A DNA stretch of 64,000 bases, from positions 25,025,248 to 25,089,247 of the forward strand of contig NC_057749.1 in assembly GCF_004010195.1 (NCBI RefSeq), written 5' to 3'. The translations under genes and the position numbers were made by a program. Of the stretch, positions 48,280-59,605 are shown in pieces. Numbering within the stretch: position 1 is the first letter of the stretch; every line of letters begins with the position of its first letter. A model generated the notes under the pieces. The model searched no databases and was not told where the DNA came from. It saw nothing but the letters and a program-made list of their open reading frames with translations. The stretch comes from Chiloscyllium plagiosum (Eukaryota).

Positions 48280-49770
48280 AGACTGCCAACAGAAATGAGT
48301 GGAGGTGTAACATAAGGTGGGGCAAGTTCATCTGTTTATAGACCAGCATTGTTGAGTTGGAGATGCCAGTGTAAATTTTAAGATATATTTTTTGGAACAT
48401 TGTGGTTTGGTGGGTTAATATTGCACAAACTGGCAATTTGTGGGAAGGAACTGTAGCTGTGTGGTTCATTGTTTGGACAGCCTTACAAATGTAAGAGAAT
48501 TTTTCACCAGGTTCAGCCATTTGCTGTTTCACTGAATATTTCGCTATAATGTACATCTTATACCCTAATAAAACAATGTGACAATTAAATGCTTGAAAGT
48601 GCCCTTAATGTTACTACTAAGCTGAATTAGAGCAATTTAAGTATCTCTTAAATTTGCTTAAAGTTGAATTTCACAATATTCGAACTAAAATTACACTTGT
48701 TCTCAACAGTCATAAACTGTTGATTGTACCTTTTTGACAGCACCAATATGCCAGTGGATTGTATTTTTATCTAACATGGTTCATTGAATGTAGTTTACCC
48801 TTTTGATGTTAAAAATCTAAAGCTAAATGCTTTTTTAAAAGCATATCTTAGTAATTTCTTTTGATGTGATTACTCTAGGTTTTAACTGTACTGGGACTCC
48901 ACTTAGGTGTAGTGTGGTACTTAAAAGTTAATGAATGTGTGACCTTTCTTTGACCCCAGAAATCCACAGGGGGTCTCTGCCACTCATTTACGATCCTGGT
49001 GAATTGAGCAATTAGGCAACAGAACTGCACACGTTTAGGAACCTGGAAATTATTTCTTGAGTTTACATTCTTGAATGTTGGGCATTGACTGACTAGTTTA
49101 CAGCAGAGAGCTGTGTACTGAACCAGTCAGTTGTGTAACTGGGCAGGTAGAGTTAATGGCCTGGAGTTTCTGCTAGACTCTGCTAATTCTTTTGCCACAG
49201 TTTGACCAAACTCAGCACCAAAGGTTTGGGGGATGGGGAGAACTGAGAGGGGAGGAGAGGAAGTCAGTGACTGTTGAATTAGTGAGCAAGTCTAGTTTTT
49301 CAATGCCATTTGCATCGGTCTGCCTTCAAACTGCTAGAAATAACTAAACTCTCTCCTCTCTCTCACACCCCTATGCCTCCAGCTGGGGTTTCAGAGCACA
49401 TATCACTAATATTGTGCAGTCTGAGATAGCATCGTTAATAGAGAGCTGGTATAAGACATGGAGGCTCATTAACCTTGTGTAGATCTAGTTTGTATGTAGC
49501 ATCTGTGTGAATAAAGGTATGTTTTTAAAACAGACTGCCAACAGGAGGTGTAACATAAAGTGGGGCAAGTTCACCCAGAGGTTTATGGACAAGGATTATT
49601 GAGTTTGAGGCACCAGTGTAGATTTTTAAAGGTGTATTAGGGCATTGTAGTTTAGGGGTTAATATCCCACAAGTTGGGAACTTTTGGGAAGAAGCGGTAG
49701 ATGTGTGGTTCAGTGTTTGAACAGCTTTGCAAATCTAAGAACTTTTGACCAGGTTCAGCCATTTGCTGTT
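48280..49770 (+). repeat. Diverged direct duplication of about 250 bp (48280-48528 and 49532-49770)
   Basis: Colinear from AGACTGCCAACAG..GGAGGTGTAACATAA.GTGGGGCAAGTTCA to ACCAGGTTCAGCCATTTGCTGTT. Confidence 0.9.
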
Positions 49771-50347
49771 CCTGCAGTAAACTAGCTTACTGCAAAATCA
49801 CTAAGATGGAAGATTTTTGCGCCCACTTCCAACCGGGGTCTCTCTCTGAGGAAGGGATCTAGCCCCAGACTGAACCATCATTTGAGGTTTCCTCTGTTTT
49901 GAGAATCTTTTAAGGAGTCTCTTTTCAAAAGCAAAAGCGGTTTCTGATGCCAGGACATCGTATTAGTACCTGAAAGGGTTAAATGAATCATGAGCTCCAC
50001 CCATCAGGGTGTAAAGAGCAGTTCTTGGGAGGAGCTACATTTTCTGGATTAAGTGTAGTGTAAGTGTCTATTCTGGGATCTCAGGCAGCAGTTAAGCACC
50101 TTGTCATGAACCTTTTCTTGTTTAACACCGTCGTGGCCTGCTTCTGTGTTTGTGTGACTATCGTTCCCCCTTTGATATCAGTAACTTGGATAAATACTGA
50201 TAAACAGTATTGGTAGCTTTGAATCTGCCTGAGGCTTCTCAGATGGTACTGATATGTACAAGAGTGCCTACTGTTAGGGCTTTGGAAGTGTTAATCCTTT
50301 GAGTGCAGTGAGCATCACTCACTAGTGTTGAGGTGGTGGTAGGATTT

Positions 50348-50625
50348 GGGGAAGGTGATGGCCTAGTGGTGTTATCGCTTGACTATTAATCTAGATACCC
50401 AAGTTCAAATCCCATCTTGCCAAGATGGTGGCATTTAAATTCAGCAAAGTATCTGGGGGAAAAGCTCACCTGGATTCACTAATGCTCTTTAGGGAAGGAA
50501 ATTTGCCACCCTTACCTGTCTGGTCTACATGGGACTCCAGATTCTCCGCAATATTGAGACTCCTTGGGATAATCACATGGCTAATGAATGCTGGGCTGGC
50601 CAATGACTTCACTGTCCCATGAACT
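50348..50625 (+). mobile_element. tRNA-headed SINE with L2-like tail
   Basis: GATGGCCTAGTGGT head. Inverted relative to the 50915 copy. Confidence 0.8.
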
Positions 50626-50914
50626 CATCCCTTTTTTTAAAAAAAAAGCGTGAGATTGAGAGGCATTCCTGAATCTGGATCCTCCAAACAGTTTGTAATG
50701 TAAAGACTGACCTTTGTAACCTGTAAGTCGTTGCAGAGATGCAATAAACTGCATCCTGCTTACTTGCCAAGACTACTTGTTAGATCAGAAGGGGATGCCT
50801 TCACACACACCTAAATAACACTTCAATACACAAGGCACCTTTTTTACCTGTTAAAGTTGCTATATACAGAGGTAACGTTCAAATAGTTCTGTGGTGATCA
50901 CTTATTGTTTGCTT

Positions 50915-51262
50915 TCTTCGTTCATTGGATGAGGGAGTCACTGGCTAGGCTAGCATTTATTGCCCATCCCTAATTGCCCAGAGGGTGGTTAAGGGTCAAC
51001 TACATTGCTGTGGGTCTGGAGTCACATAGGCCAGACCAGGTAAGGATGGCAGTTTCCATCCCTAACGGGCATTAGTGAACCCAGTTGGGGGTTTTCCAAC
51101 AATCGACAATGGATTATGGTTGTTGGACTCTTAATTCCAGATTTTTGTTGAATTCCGGTTCCACCGTCTGCTGTGGTGAGATTTGAAGCTGGGACTCCAG
51201 AATATGATCTGAGTCTCTGGATTAACAAACCAACGATAATACCACTAGGCCATCGCCTCCCC
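50915..51262 (-). mobile_element. tRNA-headed SINE with L2-like tail, full length
   Basis: ACCACTAGGCCATCGCCTCCCC head (antisense) and GCATTTATTGCCCATCCCTAATTGCCC tail. Confidence 0.88.
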
Positions 51263-52193
51263 ATGTTTGTGAACTAATCATCTTGGGCCAGAGCTCCAAT
51301 TAAAAATACTTGTTTGGGGGGGGGGTTAATCCCACATTCAGCTGTATCTCACTGCAATCACTTTTTAAATAATACCTAGGAATATTTTTGTTTCAAAATC
51401 CCTTGAATTGCATTCTGGATTTAATCTAGTTGCATCTCGTCACTGAAGGTGAGGAGTAGAAATCTGTAAGTTAACACAGTCAATGCTTTAAATCGTTCTT
51501 TTGACCTGTTTCTATAGAGAATGACTGAATAATGTATTAAAATTTGGAATATGTCCTTGTTTTGAGGGGCTTTCATTTGGCGATTTTAATAGCAATTAGC
51601 AATGTTGGATTGCTCAACATTATAAAATTTGTGGCTGTCGTTTTCAATGGCAAGGAATATACACTCCATCTCGAAGTTCGAAAGCACTTTTTTTATTGTA
51701 GGAATTTGATTCTTTTTCCACGTTGAATGCAAAGCAACTATTGCATTTCGTATGGACTGCAGTGGTACAGGAAGGCAGCTCCCCTTCTATAGGGCAACTA
51801 GGGGAGAGCAATAAGTACTGGTTCAGCCAGTGACATCCACACCCCTTGGGTGAATAAAGACATCTACTGGCTGACCTTTTGGGCTCATGTTTCCAAGTAG
51901 TGCACTGGCAGTTTTGCACTGTAATATTGGCAAAGATTGTGTGCAAATGATTTTGGTGCCAACCTTGCCCTATTTTGCCTTTAGTGCCACCAGCCACTGC
52001 TCTATAGCACTTTAGAATTGCTAGGGACAAAGACTGACAAAAAGCATCAGGAAACACTGTTGCCCTGAAGGGAGAAGTTGAGATTCATCCACATTTAAAC
52101 GCTGGTTACTTTGCCTTCACCTATGCAAGTGGAAATGTTTTTTTTTTAAAAATGCTTTGAACTGGAGGAAGTAAGGGACTTTATTTTCTAAGT

Positions 52194-52228
52194 CATCTGA
52201 TGAAGGAGTGATGCTCCGAAAGCTAGTG
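52194..52228 (+). ncRNA. Minimal type I hammerhead ribozyme motif, core intact (head of family B element 52194-52318)
   Basis: CAU|CUGAUGA|A|GGAGU-GAU-GCUCC|GAAA|GC|UA|GUG. Stem I is CAU/GUG, stem II has 5 bp, and stem III is the palindrome AGCU. Activity untested. Confidence 0.75.
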
Positions 52229-53269
52229 TGCTTCCAATTAAACCTGTTGGACTATAACCTGGTGTTGTGTGATTTTTAACTTTGTACACCCCAGTCCAAC
52301 ACCAGCATCTCCAAATCAGAAGTAATGTTGGCAGTGTTCAGGTCAGCTACCTCGCTGTTCTAACTTTTCCGTTTAATTTCTGACTTCAAGCTTCTGCATT
52401 GTTTTGGTTTGTCTTTTTTTAAACATCCATCTAATGGGACAGAGTGTGACTAGCTCATTTTATTTTCTGACCAGGATAAGCTCTATTGAAGACAGCAAGT
52501 TTCACATTGACAGTCTAAATTGAGTCTTCCTTGCTCCAGTATCTGACTCCAATATCAAATTCTGCAAACTGATTGATTGCTAAAGTAGCTAGGATCCAGT
52601 AAGTGAGGCAAAACGTGTACTGAGCAAATTGCAGCATTGTGTTCTGAAACCTAATTTGCTCTTTCTAAATTTCTAGAAGTGGTGCTTGATTCTGAGTAAG
52701 ACTGCTCAATCTCCGAACAACAGAGGATGTTATCATTTCTTTGCACAGGCCGGTGCTAACTTTCTATCCAACAGAAATCTCCGGTTTGTTCAGAGAACGG
52801 AGTTGCTGTTTGGGACAGCACCTGTTTGCTGCTGTGAAACACTGTTTCTTTGTATAAGTCTGTCACGAGTCTTAAACCATTGCTTATTTATAATTTTGAA
52901 GTAATGGTCCACTTTCCTTCTGGATTCTTTCTATTGCAAAAAAGATCAGTCAAATTGACGTAAAATCTACTGAAGGAGCTGTACAAGAAATTGGAACTTG
53001 TTAAATGAGCAGTTATTTTCTGAACCAAACAAGACTCCTGTTTCACCCTCTTGGTGTCCTATGATGGACTACTCCTAATTAGGAGGAAGCATCGAGTTGG
53101 TACAAATTGCTAACAATCTTGCTTTACAGCCTTTAAGGTACAGAGCCAGTAAAGCAGCTAAGGGATGTATCCAAGCGCTGGTTTTACTTCTGGTAGAAAT
53201 ACTGGGTCAAAACCCCTCCATTTTGATAAATGCGCCAACTTGCATAAAGGTCTTGTGTGACCCAAATGA

Positions 53270-53810
53270 CTGACAATGAAGGATTTAAATACCAGAGCAG
53301 GGACATCTTGCCTCAAGGGGCCTCTGAGATGACACCTGGTGTGCAGTCTTGATGTCTTTTATCTGAGGAAGGATATTCTGATTCTTGGAGGAAGTGCAGC
53401 CATGTTTTACGAGACTGATTCGCAAGATGGCAGGACTGAGCTATGAAGAGACTAAGTCAGTTAAGACTGTTCACTGGCGTTTACAATGTTGGGGATCTCA
53501 AACCTGTAAAGTTCCAGCAGGACTAGACAGGGGTTCTCATTGACTGGAGAGTCTGGAGCTAGGCATCGCAGTCTAAGGATGTCAACAATTTTGAACAGAT
53601 GTCGAGAAACTTCTTCCAGAGCCTTTGGAATTATCAGCCAACAGTTGAGGTCAAAACAGAGAATTCAATGAGAGGTATAGTTTTTCCAGAGCTAAAGGGA
53701 TTAATGGGTATGGGGTGAAAGCAGGAACAGGGCTCTGAGCTGGATGTTCGGTGCATGATATCACAAGGTGGAGCAGGCTTGAAGGTCTGAGTGACCTCCT
53801 ATTTCTACAT
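53270..53810 (+). mobile_element. Old CR1 3' fragment
   Basis: YLRKDIL..LEEVQ..FTRLI..MAGLSYEE-like remnant plus 3' tail. Confidence 0.7.
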
Positions 53811-54404
53811 CTGAATCCTTCCCTAATCAGATGTGCAAGAGCAGCTATTTTTTCCTTTGAGTTTGAAATGTGAAAATTCTAGCCTTGCAAACTAGCTACA
53901 TCAGGCTGCTTGATTTAAATTAAGTTCCATTGCATTGAACACTTTTAAAAACATAGTATTTTCCCGATTCTTCAGTTTCTGGAATAACCTTGTCCTGGCC
54001 ATAAACAGCAAAAGGTCTTTTTTGTGATTTGCTACAACAACACTATCTCTAATTCACGAAAACAATCCATTGTTTTGTACCAGAAATGGAATCTCACTTA
54101 ATATTTCTCAATGGAAAAGTACATCTGTCTTTTGGAAATATTGATCAAGAATAATTTGCTAGAATAGATTTTTCATTTGAAGAAACCGCAAGCACTACTG
54201 TAACTTAGTCAATGATTTGCTCTATTTTGATTTGTTTAATTGCATTTTTTGAAATCGTGCCTGGCTTCAAGTGAATGCGAACATATCTCATCAGCTGATG
54301 AATTTTTCTGGTTTTAATGTGCACACAAAAGCTTAACCTGGCTGCCAAATGAAGTGTTTAAAATTTGAATCATTCCTGGTTTAGGGACATTGGAATTTCT
54401 TAGT

Positions 54405-54920
54405 TCTAGAAATGAGGAGGCCCTTGGCCCTCAAGTCTGCTCCATCTGTCAATAGGATTATGGCTGATCTGATTATTCCTCATGTCCCCTCTTTCCAGCT
54501 TTTTCCTAGAATTCTTGGTTCCCTGACTGATCAAGTATCTATCCATCTCAGCCCTAAATGCACATGAGGGCTCTGCCCCTACCACTTTCTGCAGAGAGAA
54601 GTTTCAAAGGCAGTCGCTTCTCCAAAGAAATTCCTTCCCATCTCTGTCTTAAATTGGCTCCTCTTTAATTTTGAAACTGTACCCTCTGGTTCTGGACTCT
54701 ATCCCATGAAGGAAAACACCCTCTCAGTATTTACCCTGTCAATGCCTCATGAATTCTATTCTAAACTCCACAGAAGAGTCCGAACATGTTAGCTTTAGCT
54801 CATAGTCTCTCCCATACCTAGTGAACCTTCTCTGACCTGCCTCCAATTGAATAATATCATAAATTTTAAAATAAAAAGGGCCAAAACTGTTCGCAGTACT
54901 CCCAGATGTCCGTCACTGAG
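54405..54920 (-). mobile_element. Old CR1 3' fragment
   Basis: AGGAGGCCCTTGGCCCTCAAGTCTGCTCC tail and decayed ORF2 end. Confidence 0.65.
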
Positions 54921-55609
54921 CCAAGAATGTCAACATTTTTCAGTATGTTTGTGACATTCCTGCTCTTAGTGATTTATTTTTTTGCTTATAAAATATTTAT
55001 ACACTACTCTTGGCCCTACAGTGATGCTTCAGTGTAAAAGTAGGTTCTTCAAATTCCGGCCTTTGAACCTTACAACTCCCAGGCAAGATGACTGCTGTGG
55101 CTAAGTCAATTCGCTTCTGAATCTGGACCTAATCTTGCAGCCTTGATGCATTTAAATTGCTTGCTATTGTCAGGGCATCAATGTATTTTTCTCTCTGGAA
55201 TGCTAGAACTAGAATTGATCCAAGTGCCTCCTGGCCACCACTTGTTTAAATTGGTGGACTGAATTGAAATTGAAGCATAAAAGCCAACTTGTAGTTGATT
55301 AAACTATAGTAACATGCCTGAGGTTGAATTGATTTAGCTGAACTGCTGTTACCAAATGAGCCAGGCAAGCAATCTACAAACACAAATCTGTTTCTACTGC
55401 AAGGTTGTTAACTAATTACTTAGTTGACTGACTAGCACATGTTCAGTAACTAGTGTTGGATTGGTTTTTAAGTTGTGCTGTCATCTTCTCTCTTTGATTC
55501 TGGATGATTATTCACCCTGCAGTATTTTTCTGGCAAATTTGGATTCGTGCTGAAGTTGTGCCTGTGAAGTGTCAATCTCTCCGACCACTGTGACTTCATA
55601 TCATTATAA

Positions 55610-55829
55610 CTGTCTGTTCTGCTCTAACACAGTAGTTGTGTTCTCATGCAATCCTGTTATAAGAAAATTGTGCAATGGCAGCACATTGTAAACTAATGGG
55701 GCCAGAATTGCATTATAATCAATACGTACGTGCTTTAAAGTTCACGTGTTGAGAACCACGTCCCCAGTTTGTCAAACTTTAGTGGATTTGCATTCACAAA
55801 ATGTGCATTATATAGCAGAATGACCTGTA
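55610..55829 (+). mobile_element. Tigger-like MITE
   Basis: Ends ATAGCAGAATGACCTG-TA. Homologous to 29700-29905. Confidence 0.65.
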
Positions 55830-56079
55830 CCTGTCATCAAACTCCAATGGTGGTTCTCCAAGTCTTGCCCCTATGCTGTTCATGCCAGGTAGGGTGTAAC
55901 AGTGCAGATAATCAATGCTGATCCACTGTCATAGCAGTGATCTGGGAAGGGCTGAAGTTAAGATGGCTTCCTTGGAGTACTGTACTGTGCCAACTTATGG
56001 TTCGCAAAGTTCCTCTCCTTGTCCATCTTAACCACCTTGCTTAGGCTCCATTATTTTGAGGGTAAAAGTGACAATGAGC

Positions 56080-57440
56080 TCTAAATTGCAACCTGAGCAG
56101 TGAACAACTTGAGCATGATCAATGAGATAAAAGGTAATCGTGGTTCAAAGATTGGTGTAGGAGAAACTGGTTCAAGTTCATGGGACGTTCCCACTAGGAC
56201 TGGGGGAGGAGGGGGATGTTCTGATGGGATGGGCTGCACCTGAGTTATGCTGGGGCCAGAGTTCGGTGAACTGTAGGGCTTTAAACTAAATAATAGGGGG
56301 AGGGGCTTCAGGTGCAGGGAACAAGTTACCGAGTTTGATAGCTCTTGAAACTGAGCCAGTGTTAAGACAGATTCTTAACTTCTGCCATAGTCTAAGTTCA
56401 GGGACAACTGAGAAGGGGAGCAGTCAAAGCAGGATTGAGGGTGTTGTACCTAAAATGCATGCAATATGTGAAACAAGGTAAATGAGCTTGTGGCACAGAT
56501 TTCAATTGGAAAATATGATGTTGTGGGTATCATAGAGAGATATGGCTGCAAAGGGATCAAAGCTGGGAACTAGGTATCCATGGATACGTGTCCTATCAAA
56601 AGGGTAGGCTGATGGGTAGAGAGGCCAGGATTGCCTTATTTATAGGTAGTGGGATTAAATCCATATCGAGAAGTGATGTAGAGTTGGAAGGCATAGAAGC
56701 TGTGTGTGGGTGGAGTGGGCTGGGGACGGGACGGGGAGGAAAACTTCCCGATGGGTGTTCTGTACATGCCTCTGAGCAGTAATCACGGTGTGGGAAAGAA
56801 AATAAATCAGTTAGAAAAGGCATGCCAAGAAAGGTACTATTCCAATAATCCTGGGGGTCTTTGATACCTAGATACACTACGCATTGGATTTTCCCCCAGT
56901 GTATCTCAAGGAATTTCTGGCTTGTCATCAAGATAGGTTTTTGTGGTTGAGCCAGCTAGGCAATGAATGCACATCAAATCCAGAATAATGAGGCAGACTT
57001 ATGGAGCTTAGTGAAGGAACCCCGAAGGGGGCAGTGACCCCAACATATAACTCGCTCCACAGTTTGACGGAGAAGCTGGATTCAGGTGTAACAGTATTAC
57101 AGGTGTGTAAAAAAAAAAAAGTGAGGGAGGAGCTGGTTAGTCTGTACAGCTCATTGCTGCAGCAAGCTGTGGAGCCAAGTCACTGAGTGTATTTAAGACT
57201 GAGCTTATTGATTAGTAGGGGGATCAAGGGTTATGGGGACAAGGCATATCAGCCATGTTCAAATATTGGAGTACACTCAATGGGCTGAATGGCCTATTTT
57301 TGTTCCTGTCTTGTTCTTATGATCTGCAATTGCTCTTTCTGCTGCAAAAGAGGAGCTGAGGCCTGGGGGAGATCAACCATGATCTGACAACATGGCAGGA
57401 TGGGATCGTGGGGCTGAATGGCCTCCATCTCCTGGTTCTT
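56080..57440 (+). mobile_element. CR1 remnant: ORF1 end and endonuclease start, joined to 3' tails
   Basis: DGLHL motif (about 56228), then VLYL..NKVNELVAQI..GKYDVVGI..WLQ.DQSWEL (about 56440-56575). Confidence 0.8.
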
Positions 57441-59014
57441 AGGAAATTTTTCTTATGGGCTCTGCTTTATTTGCCAACATTTGATTGGGCTATTGTTTCT
57501 TCAAATGGGAAATATTAGAACCTAGATCCCACAGAATATTATAGGTAAGTTTTCAAAGTGGTAGAAATGCTGGAGTCAAGGAAGAGGTGGTGGAGAAAGA
57601 AACTGTTCTGTTCTAAATTGGCTGACCTTTCGCCAGAACACACTTTTTGGCATCTTTGACTAGAAATATTTAACTCTATTCACTCCCCGCAGATGCAGTT
57701 ACACTTGTACTTTCTGGTTTGAATTGCCAATTTTTGGTGCCTTCAGTATGTGGCTTTTGTATTATGGGTATTTGCTCTCAATGTCACATGTACCTTTCAT
57801 TGCTACCCATAAGGCACTTCTTTCAAGGACTTTTTTTACTGCAGACTCTTGAAGGTTTGCCTTCAAGGTCTTAAGCATGTTGGGTAGGAGACGCAGGGTA
57901 ATCCTTTCAATAAACAAATAGAAATAGCTGCAGCAACTCAGCAGGTCTGGCGCTATCTTGTTTTGAAATCTGATTCACATAAAGGATCTTGCTTTCAAAT
58001 GACTGTTTGTTTGGGGACTCTTGTAGTGCAGTGGTTAGCTGGCCTAGAAGAGCTGGGATCAAACCTTACCCGCTCTAGAGGTGAGTTGCAGCATTTCTGA
58101 ACAGGATGTTAACGGAATTAAAGTGACTGTTCAGGGTGGCATCAGAAGTGCTTGTTGGAAATCTAACCACTCTAGTTTTTGAAGACTGGTGAGTTAAATT
58201 AACATCTTCCGTGCAAAACATCGGAGGTACAGATTGAAAGGCACGTCACCATTGAAATAATGATCTCCTTCTATGGGGTTTGGTTGCTAAACAAATACAG
58301 ATCCTTTTTGGCTTCATATCCTTATGACTGCAGTTAGCTTGTACCCTACCCAGAATAATTGACACTGCCAGTAAATTAATGTGAGAATTTCCAAATTATA
58401 CTGTTCAGCAACTTTGTAAACCATGTCCAGCACTTGCATGTTAACATAGTCCATGACTGGGCTTGGTTTGATTCATAGTGGCGAGTATACAATTGAACAA
58501 AATGGTCTAAACCCCGGTGCAAATATTCATTTATTTTTAAAACCACACAACAAAGCAATTAGCACCAAAGAATAACAATCCAGCAGTATTCTTTCAATGA
58601 TTAATGTTCACAAATCTCTCCAGTGAAGTCATCAGTTGCCTGATTTGTTAATTGTGTAATGGCTGTTTCGAGCAGTCTGGGAATTTGGAAAAGATTTTCT
58701 CACGTCTTGACCAGCTAATGTTGCCAAATGTCACAAGCCTTTGTATTGACTACATCCTCCTTCCATTCCCACTTTATAGACGATATTGAAAGCATCACAC
58801 TTGCTAAAATACTAAAGGGGATGGTGGTATTAATAGAAATCCTTGTCTGCAGAAAGGGACGTCATTAAGAGGAGTGAAGAAGCAGTGTTTAATTATTTGT
58901 AAAGCTTTTGATGGCCTGTGGGTGTTTCTACAGTAAATTTGGGTAGTAGGAGAAGTTCTGCTTAAATAGAGAGCCAGTAGAAGAACTAAGAAACAAACCT
59001 GATTTGATCCATAG

Positions 59015-59605
59015 ATGTTTGGGACCAACCCCTCCTCAATATATTTTACTGTAGCCTAGACCCAATATTACCTTATTTTAAAGGGAAATGTGAAGTGCCT
59101 GTTCCTGATGTGATGTGACTGGTCAAACACAATTTATGTAAACACTGTAGTTAAAATGCAACCAAAACAAAAGAATTTAGAATAACTAGCTATTGGAAAA
59201 CTAAACAGAATAGTACAGTACCTGTTACTAATTAGCTGTTCCAATACAGTAACATCCCATAAACACTCCCCTTTGGGGTAAAGTCAAACTCTGACACAGG
59301 TTTTCTCATAGTTTTCCAATTCAGGAGGGAAAAATCATTCCGAGAGCATAGCAGTCAGGAAACATTCGCTGAAGCTTCCAAATCTTTGAGACCCCAAAGT
59401 CTTCTGTTTGAATCCTAACCTAAAAAGTGTTTTTAAAAAACTAGAAAGCCTGGTGAGAGCTGGCCCCACCCAGACTGCTTCCAGTGTTCCAAATTAGAGA
59501 AGCTTTGGGGGGTTTTAATTTCTTTACTTAGACAGCTCTCTGCCTCTGCCTTACAACCTCTCTCCAAAACAAAAAGGGCAAAATAACATCTTAAAGTGAC
59601 AGCAA
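59015..59605. mobile_element. Possible solo LTR or unclassified interspersed repeat
   Basis: Compositionally distinct block bounded by TG...CA. No TSD or second copy was found in the window. Confidence 0.25.
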
